A stretch of DNA of 64,000 nt from an uncultured Trueperaceae bacterium (GCA_963799485.1 CAWCXJ010000013.1:32001-96000), one strand, 5' to 3'; positions 1-9,351 are shown, counted from the first letter of the stretch. Notes: a model not told the origin generated them from the letters alone. Program-made: numbers and translations.

Positions 1-405
1 CACTATGTGCTAGGCGGCGCGTTGGAGGACTACGCGCTGCGCCAGTCGCTACCGACCGGCGACGGCTTCGACGGGATTGCGGTAGCGCTTTTAGGGCAAA
101 ACACTCCGCTCGGGGTCGTATTGTCGGCATTTCTCTTTGGTGTCCTTAAAAACGGCGGTTCAGCGCTCAACATAACCTTTACCGACCTGACCAGAGATGT
201 CGTCAACATGATTCTGGCGCTCGTGGTGCTCTTTATCGCCGCCAGAGGCTTTTTGCCCGACTATCTGACCAACCCGCTCCGGCGCAACCCGCAACTCACG
301 GACGACCCGGCTTCAGCCGAACCTCCGACCGACCCGCCCGGACGCCCTGAGCGCACCGGCGAAAGGGTAAGAGAACGTCTAGATGAATCTACAGGAGACG
401 CATAA
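1..405 (+). CDS. ABC transporter permease (nucleoside/sugar, BPD_transp_2 type), 5'-truncated by window edge
   Basis: Frame open from base 1; GFDGIAVALLG..PLGV..SAFLFG motif; stop overlaps the next permease start (TAATG). Confidence 0.85.
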   Translation, partial: HYVLGGALEDYALRQSLPTGDGFDGIAVALLGQNTPLGVVLSAFLFGVLKNGGSALNITFTDLTRDVVNMILALVVLFIAARGFLPDYLTNPLRRNPQLTDDPASAEPPTDPPGRPERTGERVRERLDESTGDA

Positions 406-1334
406 TGGAGACCGCTCTACTCTTAACGCTTGTGGCTTCGGCGCTCCGGGCGACGACGCCACTACTTTTAGCAGCACTTGGCGGGATGTTTAGTGAACGC
501 GCGGGTGTGGTGAATATTGCGCTCGAGGGCATCATCTTGTTCGGCGCACTTGCCGCCGCCGTCGCCGCCCGCTTTGCCGAACTGCCCGCGCTGGCGCAAA
601 ATCCGCAAGCGGTCGTCCCTTACGCGCCGTGGCTCGGCGTGTTGGCGGCAGCGGTCGTGGGTGGCGCTGTCGGTTGGTTACACGCGTTTATCTCGATTCG
701 TTTTCGCGCCGATCAGGTCATCTCCGGCACCGCGATCAACCTTATGGCGATCGGCCTTCCAGCCGTTATCTTGACCGGTCTGTACAACAACTCGGCGACG
801 AGCGACCCGATCCGTAACCGCTTGCCGGAGTGGAGCCTCGGCCCGTTTTCGTTTTCCCCGCTCGTTTATCTGGCGTTTTTACTGGTGCCGGTCTCATATT
901 ACGTGCTTTTTCACACGCCCTTCGGGTTGCGCCTGCGCGCGGTCGGCGAACACCCTGAAGCCGCCGACAGCGTAGGTATCGACGTGAAACGGATGCGCTA
1001 CTACGGGGTGATTATTTCGGGCGTGCTGGCGGGGCTTGGCGGCGCATTTTTAAGCATCGGCAACCTCAACCAGTTTATCTCGGAGATGTCGGGTGGGCGC
1101 GGCTTTATCGCGCTAGCGGCACTTATCTTCGGTAAATGGCACCCGCTCGGCGTCCTCGGCGCAACGCTTTTGTTCGGCGGCTTCGAGGCGGCGGCGACGC
1201 TTTTAGGCGGCAGCCAGCTGATGCCCCCGACCATCGTGCAGAGCTTGCCGTTTATCCTGACGATGTTTGTCTTAGCCGGATTTATCGGGCGTTCGGTCGC
1301 GCCCAAAGCTATCGGGAAACCGTTTGTCAAGTAA
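405..1334 (+). CDS. ABC transporter permease (nucleoside/sugar, BPD_transp_2 type)
   Basis: SERAGVVNIALEG, GLRLRAVGEHPEAADSVG and GRGFIALAALIFGKW motifs. Confidence 0.92.
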   Translation: METALLLTLVASALRATTPLLLAALGGMFSERAGVVNIALEGIILFGALAAAVAARFAELPALAQNPQAVVPYAPWLGVLAAAVVGGAVGWLHAFISIRFRADQVISGTAINLMAIGLPAVILTGLYNNSATSDPIRNRLPEWSLGPFSFSPLVYLAFLLVPVSYYVLFHTPFGLRLRAVGEHPEAADSVGIDVKRMRYYGVIISGVLAGLGGAFLSIGNLNQFISEMSGGRGFIALAALIFGKWHPLGVLGATLLFGGFEAAATLLGGSQLMPPTIVQSLPFILTMFVLAGFIGRSVAPKAIGKPFVK

Positions 1335-1485
1335 GGGGCTCCCGGAGTCGGTCAAGAGCGATGGATAAAAAGAACGCAGAAGGTAGAATAGAAGATGTAG
1401 AAGGCTCGAGGTTGTCTTCTCCGTTACCGCGCTCAACTCTCTTCAGTAGTCATTTGATCATCTTCTAAACAGAACAGGAGTTTTC

Positions 1486-3039
1486 ATGGAACGTTCAGCA
1501 GGTATTCTTTTGCACCCGACCTCGCTTCCGGGGGGGCACGGTATCGGTGATTTGGGCGCGCAAGCTTACGCCTGGGTCGATTTTCTAGAGGCGGCGAAAC
1601 AGGGGTTGTGGCAAGTCCTCCCGCTCGGGCCGACAGGCTACGGCGACTCGCCGTACCAGAGTTTTAGTGCGTTTGCCGGAAACCCGAACCTGATCAGTCT
1701 GGACGGGTTGTTGGCGCAAGGTTTTCTCAGCTCCGACGACCTCGGGGAAGCTCCCGCCAACGACGGCCCCGTCGATTACGGTGCGGTCATCCCCTTCAAA
1801 GACGCCGCGCTGCGACGCGCCGCCGAAACCTTCCAAAAAATTGCAACATCTGAACAACAGGCCGAATTTAGCGCGTTTTGCGGCGCGCAGGCGTACTGGT
1901 TAGACGATTACGCGCTCTTTATGGCGCTTAAGGAAGCGCATGGCGGCGCAGCCTGGAACAGCTGGGGTACCGACCTGCGGACGCGCAAAAAACGTGCGCT
2001 GGCTAAGTTCAGCAGCGAAAATGAAGCAACGATTACCCGCCACAAGCTCTGGCAGTGGTTCTTTTACGGGCAGTGGCTGGCGCTTAAAGGCTACGCCAAC
2101 GACCGGGGTATCCAGATTATCGGTGATATTCCTATCTTTATCGCCTACGACTCCGCCGACGCGTGGGCGAACCCCGAGCTGTACTACTTCGACGATGAGG
2201 GCAATCCGGAGGTCGTCGCGGGGGTACCGCCCGACTATTTCAGCAAGACCGGGCAACGTTGGGGTAACCCGCTCTACCGCTGGAAAAAGATGGAGAAACG
2301 CGACTTCGCCTGGTGGGTCTCGAGGTTTCGCTCGTGCCTGGACTTTTACGACCTCATCCGCGTCGATCACTTTCGCGGCTTCGAGTCGTACTGGGAAATT
2401 CCTGCTGAAAACGACACCGCCGAACACGGTCGCTGGGTCAAAGGCCCCGGTCAGGCGCTTTTCGATACGCTCGAGCGTGAGCTGGACGATTTACCTATCA
2501 TCGCCGAGGATTTGGGCGTCATCACGCCCAAGGTCGAAAAACTGCGTGACGACAACGGCCTGCCGGGGATGAAAGTCTTGCAGTTTGCCTTTGCCGGAGA
2601 CGGCGCCGACCTCTATTTGCCGCACAACTATTCTGAAAACTTCGTCGTCTATACGGGTACCCACGACAACGACACCACGCAGAGCTGGTACGACAGCGCG
2701 CCTACCGGTGAACGCCACTTCGTCCGGCGTTACCTGGCCCGCGACGACAGCGCCGTCGTCTGGGAGCTTATCCGGCTGGCGTTTTCGTCGGTGGCCCGCT
2801 ACGCGGTCGTGCCGCTGCAAGACGTTTTGCAACTCGGTTCCGAAGCGCGGATGAACACGCCGGGTCAGGCGGGGGGGAACTGGGGCTGGCGGTTTGAAGA
2901 AGGGCAGTTAGAGCCCTGGATCGCGCCCGCACTGGCTGATATGACTGAAATGTACAACCGGATACCGGGCGCGGAGGTCGCGGATACCCCGTACCGGCAG
3001 AGCGCAACGAAAACGGAGATTGAAGAAGAGGCAGACTGA
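1486..3039 (+). CDS. malQ: 4-alpha-glucanotransferase (amylomaltase, GH77)
   Basis: GILLHPTSLPG, RVDHFRGF, IIAEDLG, YTGTHDNDT motifs; AGGAG RBS. Confidence 0.97.
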   Translation: MERSAGILLHPTSLPGGHGIGDLGAQAYAWVDFLEAAKQGLWQVLPLGPTGYGDSPYQSFSAFAGNPNLISLDGLLAQGFLSSDDLGEAPANDGPVDYGAVIPFKDAALRRAAETFQKIATSEQQAEFSAFCGAQAYWLDDYALFMALKEAHGGAAWNSWGTDLRTRKKRALAKFSSENEATITRHKLWQWFFYGQWLALKGYANDRGIQIIGDIPIFIAYDSADAWANPELYYFDDEGNPEVVAGVPPDYFSKTGQRWGNPLYRWKKMEKRDFAWWVSRFRSCLDFYDLIRVDHFRGFESYWEIPAENDTAEHGRWVKGPGQALFDTLERELDDLPIIAEDLGVITPKVEKLRDDNGLPGMKVLQFAFAGDGADLYLPHNYSENFVVYTGTHDNDTTQSWYDSAPTGERHFVRRYLARDDSAVVWELIRLAFSSVARYAVVPLQDVLQLGSEARMNTPGQAGGNWGWRFEEGQLEPWIAPALADMTEMYNRIPGAEVADTPYRQSATKTEIEEEAD

Positions 3040-3049
3040 TAACTGCTAC

Positions 3050-3081
3050 AAGAGGGTAGTTCATGGGTACGCTACCCTCTT
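3050..3081 (+). terminator. Stem-loop downstream of malQ
   Basis: AAGAGGGTAG ... CTACCCTCTT perfect 10-bp inverted repeat 10 nt after the stop; weak U-tract. Confidence 0.55.
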
Positions 3082-3157
3082 AGCTTGACCTGAGTGTTCC
3101 AGATGTTCGTAATAAGGGTTGTCGGATTGGCTTGCTTGTGCTTTAAGAGAGCATTGA

Positions 3158-3521
3158 ATGAAAACCTCGCAAGGTGGAACTCAAATATACTGTCCCCATT
3201 GCAAGAGAGTGAGAGTCTGCAAAGCCGTTTCACCTTCCGAGTATGGGAATCTTCAGAACGACAGCTGTATACGACAAATCACGAAGACATTCGTTGGTTT
3301 CATAGAGGTCGCTTTTGCCTCAACGGTAACGCGACCTTTTGACAGCAGAAGTTGACGAAAATTTTCTGGATGAGTTGGTTGAGTTGAGAAGGGCACTAGC
3401 TGTGGTCAGATCCAACGCGGAAAAGTATATGGAAGAACCTAAATTGGCATCAAAAACCTTAAATAAGTTTGTGAAACCGTTGGATAAGTTAAGAGCTTTA
3501 CAAGTTCATGACGATGTATGA
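3158..3521 (+). pseudogene. Frameshifted low-GC zinc-ribbon (CPxC...RxRxC) hypothetical protein
   Basis: Three consecutive frames stitch into MKTSQGGTQIYCPHCKRVRVCKAVSPSEYG / ESSERQLYTTNHEDIRWFHRGRFCLNGNATF / LTAEVDENFLDELVELRRAL...; AT-rich relative to flanks. Confidence 0.65.
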
Positions 3522-3581
3522 TCCCGTTAGGATTGAAGCAGTCGCCAGTATCATCAAGAATGAAGCACAGGCAAATCCGAG

Positions 3582-4805
3582 TTAAGTTCTAAAAAGCACA
3601 TCCTCACGCCGAAAACTGCGTAAGGCAAACCAGAGCAAAAGTGCTGCTAAAAGGAGGCTCGAGCCCCACGCTAACAGCGCTAAAGGCAGCTCGAACGTTC
3701 CTTTTACGGCGTCGTTCATCAAAAGCAGTGTGCCGAACGCAGGCAGCGCGTAGATAACCGGGCTCGAGCCGAAAAAGTCCGAAAATTGCAAGCTCACGAC
3801 CGGCAGCACCAAAACGAGCGAAAGCGGCGCGACGTAGCTCTGCGCCTCCTTAAACGAGCGCGCAAAAAGCGTGATGGCAATCAGCAGCGCGGCGACGAGC
3901 GCCGCTAACAGCAGGGCGCTTACCAGCAGTGCGAGCAGTTCGCTAGCGTTGACGCGCAAGGTTCCGCCGAGACCCTGCGCGACTCTTCCGGCCCCACCAC
4001 TCAGCCGCCCGCTAAACGCCACGCTCAGCAGCCACCCACTCCCCAAAAACCCCACCAGCGCCACCGACGCCGCGCTCAGGCCGAACAGCAAGGTTGCCGA
4101 AAACTTGCCGACGACGACCTCGGCGCGTCTTACCGGGCTCACGAGCAGCGCCTCCAACGTCCCGCGTTCTTTCTCCCCGGCGGTCGCGTCGATGGCGACC
4201 ATCTGCCCGCCGGTCAGTGTCCAGATAATCACGAAAAAAGGGATCAGCCAGCCGAGTGACCCGCTCGCACGCTCCGACGCGGTGCTCGCGTCGCGGGTCT
4301 CGAGCCTTAGCGGGGTGAGGATGTTGGGCTCGAGTCCTGCCTGCTCAATCCGTTGCCGGACGAGCGACTTTTCGTAGGTTTCGACCGCTCCGGTTAGCTT
4401 TTCCGTTAGGAGTTCGTCACGTAGCCCGCCGCTTTTACGGTACAGCACGAGCGACGCACGCCCTTCGCGAAGGTTTGCGGCAAAACTTTGCGGTACGCTA
4501 AATGCCGCCACGACTTCTTCTGAATGCACCGCAGCCTCAGCGTTTTTTACGGCGACTAAACGGATATTTTCGCGCTCCATTGTTGCTACGAAAGCCGTCG
4601 GCAAACGTCCTAAACCTTCTGCGCCGACCGTCGTCTCCCGCACCGCTTCACGCCCAAACAGCCCGCCCAAAACGAGCGGCAAGCCGAGCATCACGAGCGG
4701 CAGCACGACGAGGGGAATGAGCAGGTTGGCAAGCACCGCGCGGTGGTCTCTCAGGGTGGACAAGACTTCACGGTAGGCGACCGCCCAAACCATCCCCGGC
4801 CTCAC
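3582..4805 (-). CDS. ABC-2 type exporter permease (NatB-like)
   Basis: AGEKERGTLEALLVSPV and ARSFKEAQ motifs; multiple TM segments. Confidence 0.9.
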   Translation of the reverse strand: MRPGMVWAVAYREVLSTLRDHRAVLANLLIPLVVLPLVMLGLPLVLGGLFGREAVRETTVGAEGLGRLPTAFVATMERENIRLVAVKNAEAAVHSEEVVAAFSVPQSFAANLREGRASLVLYRKSGGLRDELLTEKLTGAVETYEKSLVRQRIEQAGLEPNILTPLRLETRDASTASERASGSLGWLIPFFVIIWTLTGGQMVAIDATAGEKERGTLEALLVSPVRRAEVVVGKFSATLLFGLSAASVALVGFLGSGWLLSVAFSGRLSGGAGRVAQGLGGTLRVNASELLALLVSALLLAALVAALLIAITLFARSFKEAQSYVAPLSLVLVLPVVSLQFSDFFGSSPVIYALPAFGTLLLMNDAVKGTFELPLALLAWGSSLLLAALLLWFALRSFRREDVLFRT

Positions 4806-5575
4806 GGCGTCACCTCGTCCGTTATTTTGTCCTTCCGGGCTGAACCTGCCTGAACCAGATTACGCTCGACCAGTTTGAAAAAGGCGGCCTCGAGCCCCGC
4901 CGCCCCAGCCTCGTGCACGAGCTGTTCAGGCGTCCCCTGCGCAACGATTTCACCGCCGTAAAGAATGGCGACGCGCCCGCACAACTCTTCAACCTCGCTC
5001 ATCACATGCGTCGAGTAGAGTACCGTGCGCCCCTCGGCGGCGTAAGTTTTGACGAACTCCAACACGCTCCGCCGCGCCATCACGTCCAAACCGGAGGTCG
5101 CTTCGTCGAAAAAGATGATGTCGGGGTCGTGCAGCACCGCCCGCGCGATGACAATTTTTTGCTTCATGCCGGTGGAGAAGTCGCCGGCGCGTTTGCCTAG
5201 CGTGCTGCCCAGGTCTAGGGGGGAGCCTAATTCCTCAATCCGCGCGTCTACCTGAGCCCGCTTCATGCCGTAAAGCCGCCCGAAATAGCGGAGCGTTTCC
5301 CGCCCCGTCAGGCGGTCGTAAAGCCCCATCCCGCCACTGACGACGCCGATACGCCGCCGCACCTGTTCAGGCTGCTTCGCCACATTAAAGCCGCCGACCT
5401 CCGCATGGCCTTCAGTCGGTGAGAGGAGCGTCGCCAGAATCCGCAAGGTCGTCGTTTTACCCGCCCCGTTCGGGCCGAGCAGTCCGAACACCTCACCCGG
5501 AGAGACCGTAAACGATACGCCGCGCAGCACGGACGTTTCGCCGAACGTTTTGCCTAGAGCTTCCGCTAGAATCAT
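4802..5575 (-). CDS. ABC transporter ATP-binding protein (NatA-like)
   Basis: Walker A GPNGAGKTT, FSTGMKQK signature, FFDEATSGLD; start placed at ATG 5575; 4-nt overlap with permease. Confidence 0.93.
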   Translation of the reverse strand: MILAEALGKTFGETSVLRGVSFTVSPGEVFGLLGPNGAGKTTTLRILATLLSPTEGHAEVGGFNVAKQPEQVRRRIGVVSGGMGLYDRLTGRETLRYFGRLYGMKRAQVDARIEELGSPLDLGSTLGKRAGDFSTGMKQKIVIARAVLHDPDIIFFDEATSGLDVMARRSVLEFVKTYAAEGRTVLYSTHVMSEVEELCGRVAILYGGEIVAQGTPEQLVHEAGAAGLEAAFFKLVERNLVQAGSARKDKITDEVTP

Positions 5576-5687
5576 CTTCGTATCATAGGGCGCGTGCGCA
5601 CGACCAAAGTTACGGACCTTCACGTGTTGCGCCGTAAAATCTTTCTACTTTCGCATCTCGCGCCGTAAAAGTCCGTTCTCACGTCTC

Positions 5688-6473
5688 ATGTATGATGAGG
5701 CCGTGTCCGAACACGACTTTGGCGCTTTAGACAGCCTGCAGCTGATTCCGCGCCTTTTGCACGGGGTTGCCGACCCCGACACGCACCTGACGCTGCTGGG
5801 CCGCGACCTCGCTGCGCCGATGTTGCCCTTAGCCGACACGCTAGGGGGCGACGCCGGAACGCTCAGCTTGCTGGACGCTGAACTGCTCTTGGCCCAAGAC
5901 GACGCGTTTCCGGCAACCTTGCCCCTCTTGAAACCTGAAAAGATGGGCTTACTCATGCCTAAGGTCAGAAAGTTGGTGGCTCGAGGGGTGCCGGGGTTCG
6001 TGCTCGATTTGACCGCCTTTGCCGAATCGCCGCCTTACGGGAGCCTCGAGTTCCACCCCCGCACCCGCGAAGACCTGGCTGAACTCCGCGCCGCTGCCGG
6101 GGTTCCCTTGTGGCTTTACGGCGTCAGCAGCGTGTCCGACGCCGAAGTTGCGAGTGAAGCGGGTTTGGAGGGCGTCGTCGTCAACACCGGGGCCGGCATA
6201 TTTCTGGGCGCACCGGCAACGGCTGAGGTTTTTCCCGATATTCTCGACGCGGTAGCCGGGACGATTTCGGTCTACGCCGGGGGCGAGGTGCGGAGCGGCG
6301 TCGATGTGTTTCGTTATCTCGCCCTCGGCGCCGAGGCCGTCGTGGTCGATACCGACCGTTCGCTCCTGAACTTGCGGGCCGAACTCACCTACGCCATGCG
6401 TTTGACCGGCTGTGAAACCCTCGCCGACATCTCGTATGAAGCTATTTTTGCGCCGCTTTTTAGCGAACTTTAG
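5688..6473 (+). CDS. FMN-dependent alpha-hydroxy acid dehydrogenase-like protein with degenerate active site
   Basis: Family-like segments LIPRLL, VRSGVDVFRYLALGAEAV, AMRLTGC; SNHGGR replaced by VNTGAG. Confidence 0.75.
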   Translation: MYDEAVSEHDFGALDSLQLIPRLLHGVADPDTHLTLLGRDLAAPMLPLADTLGGDAGTLSLLDAELLLAQDDAFPATLPLLKPEKMGLLMPKVRKLVARGVPGFVLDLTAFAESPPYGSLEFHPRTREDLAELRAAAGVPLWLYGVSSVSDAEVASEAGLEGVVVNTGAGIFLGAPATAEVFPDILDAVAGTISVYAGGEVRSGVDVFRYLALGAEAVVVDTDRSLLNLRAELTYAMRLTGCETLADISYEAIFAPLFSEL

Positions 6474-6552
6474 CCGAATGGGGTACGGTTTCAAAAAGGT
6501 TTCCCTCGAGTATCCTTGACCCCTGTAAAAGCTCCGCCCTATACTCCGGGGC

Positions 6553-7545
6553 ATGAGCGCCCCCAGCCCAGCCAAAGCCGTCAAAACATTCCTGTTCGTG
6601 CTGACATTCACGTTTTTGCTGACAGGGTATGCCCAGCAAATGCCCGCGACCGCTGAAGCCGTGCAGCTCAAGACACCCTCGGGTACCCTGTACGGCACCT
6701 TGCAGCTACCTGCGGGCAAAGGGCCTGTTACCGTCGCTCTCATCCACCCCGGCTCCGGCCCGACCGACCGCAACGGCAACCAGGGAATTGTGCAGCCAGA
6801 CAACCTCAAACTGCTCGCCGAAGCCCTCGCGCAAAATGGTATCGCCAGCCTTCGCATTGACAAACGCGGCGTCGGTGAGAGTGCAGCGGCAGCCTCTTCA
6901 GAGGCGGAGTTGCGTTTTGATACCTACGTCGGGGACGCCGCCCGGTGGTTGGAACAGCTCAGGGGAGACCCCCGCTTTAACACCGTCGCCGTTATCGGAC
7001 ACAGTGAAGGCGCACTCATCGGGCTGCTCGCCGCTAAGAAAGCAGACGCCGACCTGTACGTCTCTATCGCCGGTGCCGGCGAGCGGGCGAGTGACATCTT
7101 GCGCCGCCAGCTCAGCCAGCAGCTGCCGGAAACGCTGATGCAGGAGGTTGACGCTATCCTAAAGCGTTTAGAGGCAGGGGAGATCGTTGACCCGCTGCCG
7201 GAGAGTGTCGCAAACGTCCCCGCTCTCGCCAGTCTCTTTCGCGCCAGCGTCCAGCCCTACCTCATCAGCTGGTTCAAGTACGACCCCGCGCAGGAGCTGA
7301 GCACTCTGGAGATACCGGCCCTTATCCTTCAGGGTACGACGGACTTGCAGGTTTCCGAAGCGGACGCGCGTAAGCTTGGAGAGGCGCAACCGGACGCCGA
7401 GCTGGTCTTCGTACCGGGGATGAACCATGTGTTTAAGGAAGCGCCCGCCGACCCGGCGGCGAACGAGGCAACCTACACCAACCCGGATTTGCCGCTAGCG
7501 GGCGGACTGGTAGAGCCGCTCGTCACCTTTTTGGAGAAAAAGTAA
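6553..7545 (+). CDS. Secreted alpha/beta-fold hydrolase
   Basis: Signal peptide; GSGPTDRNGN, nucleophile GHSEG, QGTTDLQV, GMNH. Confidence 0.9.
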   Translation: MSAPSPAKAVKTFLFVLTFTFLLTGYAQQMPATAEAVQLKTPSGTLYGTLQLPAGKGPVTVALIHPGSGPTDRNGNQGIVQPDNLKLLAEALAQNGIASLRIDKRGVGESAAAASSEAELRFDTYVGDAARWLEQLRGDPRFNTVAVIGHSEGALIGLLAAKKADADLYVSIAGAGERASDILRRQLSQQLPETLMQEVDAILKRLEAGEIVDPLPESVANVPALASLFRASVQPYLISWFKYDPAQELSTLEIPALILQGTTDLQVSEADARKLGEAQPDAELVFVPGMNHVFKEAPADPAANEATYTNPDLPLAGGLVEPLVTFLEKK

Positions 7546-7653
7546 ACTCCGTTCTGGACTTTCCGCGCCTTTGGTAGACAAACCTTACGAAGTGGTCGTG
7601 CGGTTCGGAAAGTGCGTTTTGCACCCTCGGCTACCCGACTATAGAAACCGGCG

Positions 7654-8034
7654 CTAGCGTTTAAGTGCCCGGAGCCGTTTAGCTGCCTCTTCTGCGCCGA
7701 TTTCGCCGCGCTCCAAGAGCCCCAAAATATCGGTACGCTCCCCCCGCACTTCCTGCGTTTCCGGCGGCGATTCGTAGCCGAGCGAGCGGAGCATCCCGTC
7801 GAAGCGGCTCCTGACTGTCGGATACGACACGCCCAAAATCCGCTCGACCTCTTTGAGGTTGCCGCGCACGCGCATAAAGAGCCGCATAAACTCGAGGTTC
7901 TCCGGGCTCAGCGTGGCAAACTCGTTCGGCGTAAAACGCCCTTCGATGGCGACGCCGGAGGTGGGACACTCGAGCCGCGTGACCTCCAGCGGGTCTCCCG
8001 TAACCGGGCAGCGGGTCGGCATCGGCAAGCTCAT
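7654..8034 (-). CDS. DUF2089-family protein (Zn ribbon + HTH + SHOCT-like tail)
   Basis: CPVTG...CP, RGNLKEVERILGVSYPTVR, LERGEIGAEEA. Confidence 0.88.
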   Translation of the reverse strand: MSLPMPTRCPVTGDPLEVTRLECPTSGVAIEGRFTPNEFATLSPENLEFMRLFMRVRGNLKEVERILGVSYPTVRSRFDGMLRSLGYESPPETQEVRGERTDILGLLERGEIGAEEAAKRLRALKR

Positions 8035-8966
8035 GCGTCCGCCCGAACCGTGACGTCGCCGGCGATGAGGTGCAGCTCGAGGTGCGCCTCACCCGCGCCC
8101 AGGGTGCCTTCAAAGTTGCCGCCGACAAAGCCGCCGCTACGGGAGAAGTTCGGCGGCAAGGTCAAATCGCCGCAGGTTGCGCTACCCGAAACCGTCACCG
8201 ACGCACCCGCCAAAAAGGTCAGGTTGACGTCGCCCGAGGTCGTCCGGAGCCGCTGTTCGCCCGTTTGAGGGCGCAGTTTTACGGTGACGTCGCCGGCTGT
8301 TACCGTCAGGTCGAGGGTTTCGGCGTCTACAAGTTTGAAGTCGCCCCCCGTAAAACTCCCTTTTACGGCCTTGACCCCGCGAATCTCACTGTCGCCTGAA
8401 GCAATCCTCAAGTCTAAACCCACGCTTTCGGGCAGGCGCACCTTGACGTCCCCGGCAGCCTGGTGCAGCCGCGTCAGCCAGTTGCTATCGCCTTTGGCTT
8501 CCGGGGGTGTGCGGATGAGATAGCCCGTTTCGGTACGCTCCAAGGTCGCTTTACCCGTCACCACCGGGCTGTTCAGGGCAGGGTCGGCCTCGACGGAAAG
8601 GTCGCCGCAAAAGCCGCTCAGTTTGAGCCACTGCTGCACTGCGTCCATTTTTGGTGGTGTTCGAGACGTTTCGGGTGGATAAGGGGGCGGGGGCGGTGCT
8701 GAAGCCGGCGGTTGCGGGGGTTGCACGGGCGGTATTACGGCGGCCTCTGTAGATTGTCCGGCAGCGGGAGGCGCAGAGGAAGACTCGGCGGGCGAGGTCG
8801 GTTGTGACGCGGCTTCGCTCGAGTTTTCACTCATTTCTTCCTGAGCCTCGTTTTCTCCCAACGCCGTAAAAAGAATCTCGGCCTCGGCTTGGGTGATGCG
8901 GCCCGACTCTAACAGCGCCTGCACGCGGGCGTGTTCGCTGGAACCGTTCTGCTGGGCGTCGCTCAT
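8031..8966 (-). CDS. DUF4097/adhesin-like beta-strand repeat protein with N-terminal SHOCT-like segment
   Basis: Repeated xGDV/xGDL beta motifs, Pro-rich linker; AAGGAGA RBS before ATG 8966; ATGA overlaps on both sides. Confidence 0.75.
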   Translation of the reverse strand: MSDAQQNGSSEHARVQALLESGRITQAEAEILFTALGENEAQEEMSENSSEAASQPTSPAESSSAPPAAGQSTEAAVIPPVQPPQPPASAPPPPPYPPETSRTPPKMDAVQQWLKLSGFCGDLSVEADPALNSPVVTGKATLERTETGYLIRTPPEAKGDSNWLTRLHQAAGDVKVRLPESVGLDLRIASGDSEIRGVKAVKGSFTGGDFKLVDAETLDLTVTAGDVTVKLRPQTGEQRLRTTSGDVNLTFLAGASVTVSGSATCGDLTLPPNFSRSGGFVGGNFEGTLGAGEAHLELHLIAGDVTVRADA

Positions 8967-9151
8967 AAAATCTCCTTTGGGGTGGGGTGGGGCTCGAGTC
9001 TCTCGGCAGCCCCACGTAACCGCGCGGCGAGGGCCGAACGCCATAAAGGGTGAGCTGTATGCCGTAAAAGACGCTGCATCTCGGCTGCTCGTTGAAACTT
9101 TTCGGCACGGGTTTTAGCTTCTTCGACTGCGGCGTAAAACCTGCTGTCCAT
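8963..9151 (-). CDS. Small hypothetical protein, first gene of the DUF2089 operon
   Basis: AAAAGGAGA RBS; directly after a consensus promoter; ATGA coupling to the next gene. Confidence 0.7.
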   Translation of the reverse strand: MDSRFYAAVEEAKTRAEKFQRAAEMQRLLRHTAHPLWRSALAARLRGAAERLEPHPTPKEIL

Positions 9152-9169
9152 GTCATCTCCTTTTGCTAA

Positions 9170-9226
9170 AAGATAAACCTAAACTATGAATATGTCAAGT
9201 AAAAATTGCTATATGTAAAAATTGCT
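9170..9226 (-). promoter_or_regulatory. Sigma70 promoter TTGACA-17-TATCTT with upstream 12-bp direct repeat
   Basis: -35 at 9198-9193, -10 at 9175-9170; GTAAAAATTGCT at 9199-9210 and 9215-9226. Confidence 0.75.
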
Positions 9227-9351
9227 TTGCTATTTTGTCTATAAAGAGTCAGGGTTGTGTTAGTTGTAAAAAGCGTTTCAGGGACTCGAGCCTTCCCAAA
9301 TCGTCCGATAGGCGGAGGTTGGCGGGCAGGCGCACTGGTATCTTTGAGGTT

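Noticed and set aside
5949..6863. 304-aa antisense ORF, and similar ones such as 24110-24919, 39372-40154 and 9792-10514
   Set aside because: They overlap well-supported genes, show no motifs, and are expected in GC-rich DNA
8640..8830. Pro/Ser-rich low-complexity tract (also the Gln-rich tracts of HtrA)
   Set aside because: Ordinary disordered linkers, not DNA-level repeats
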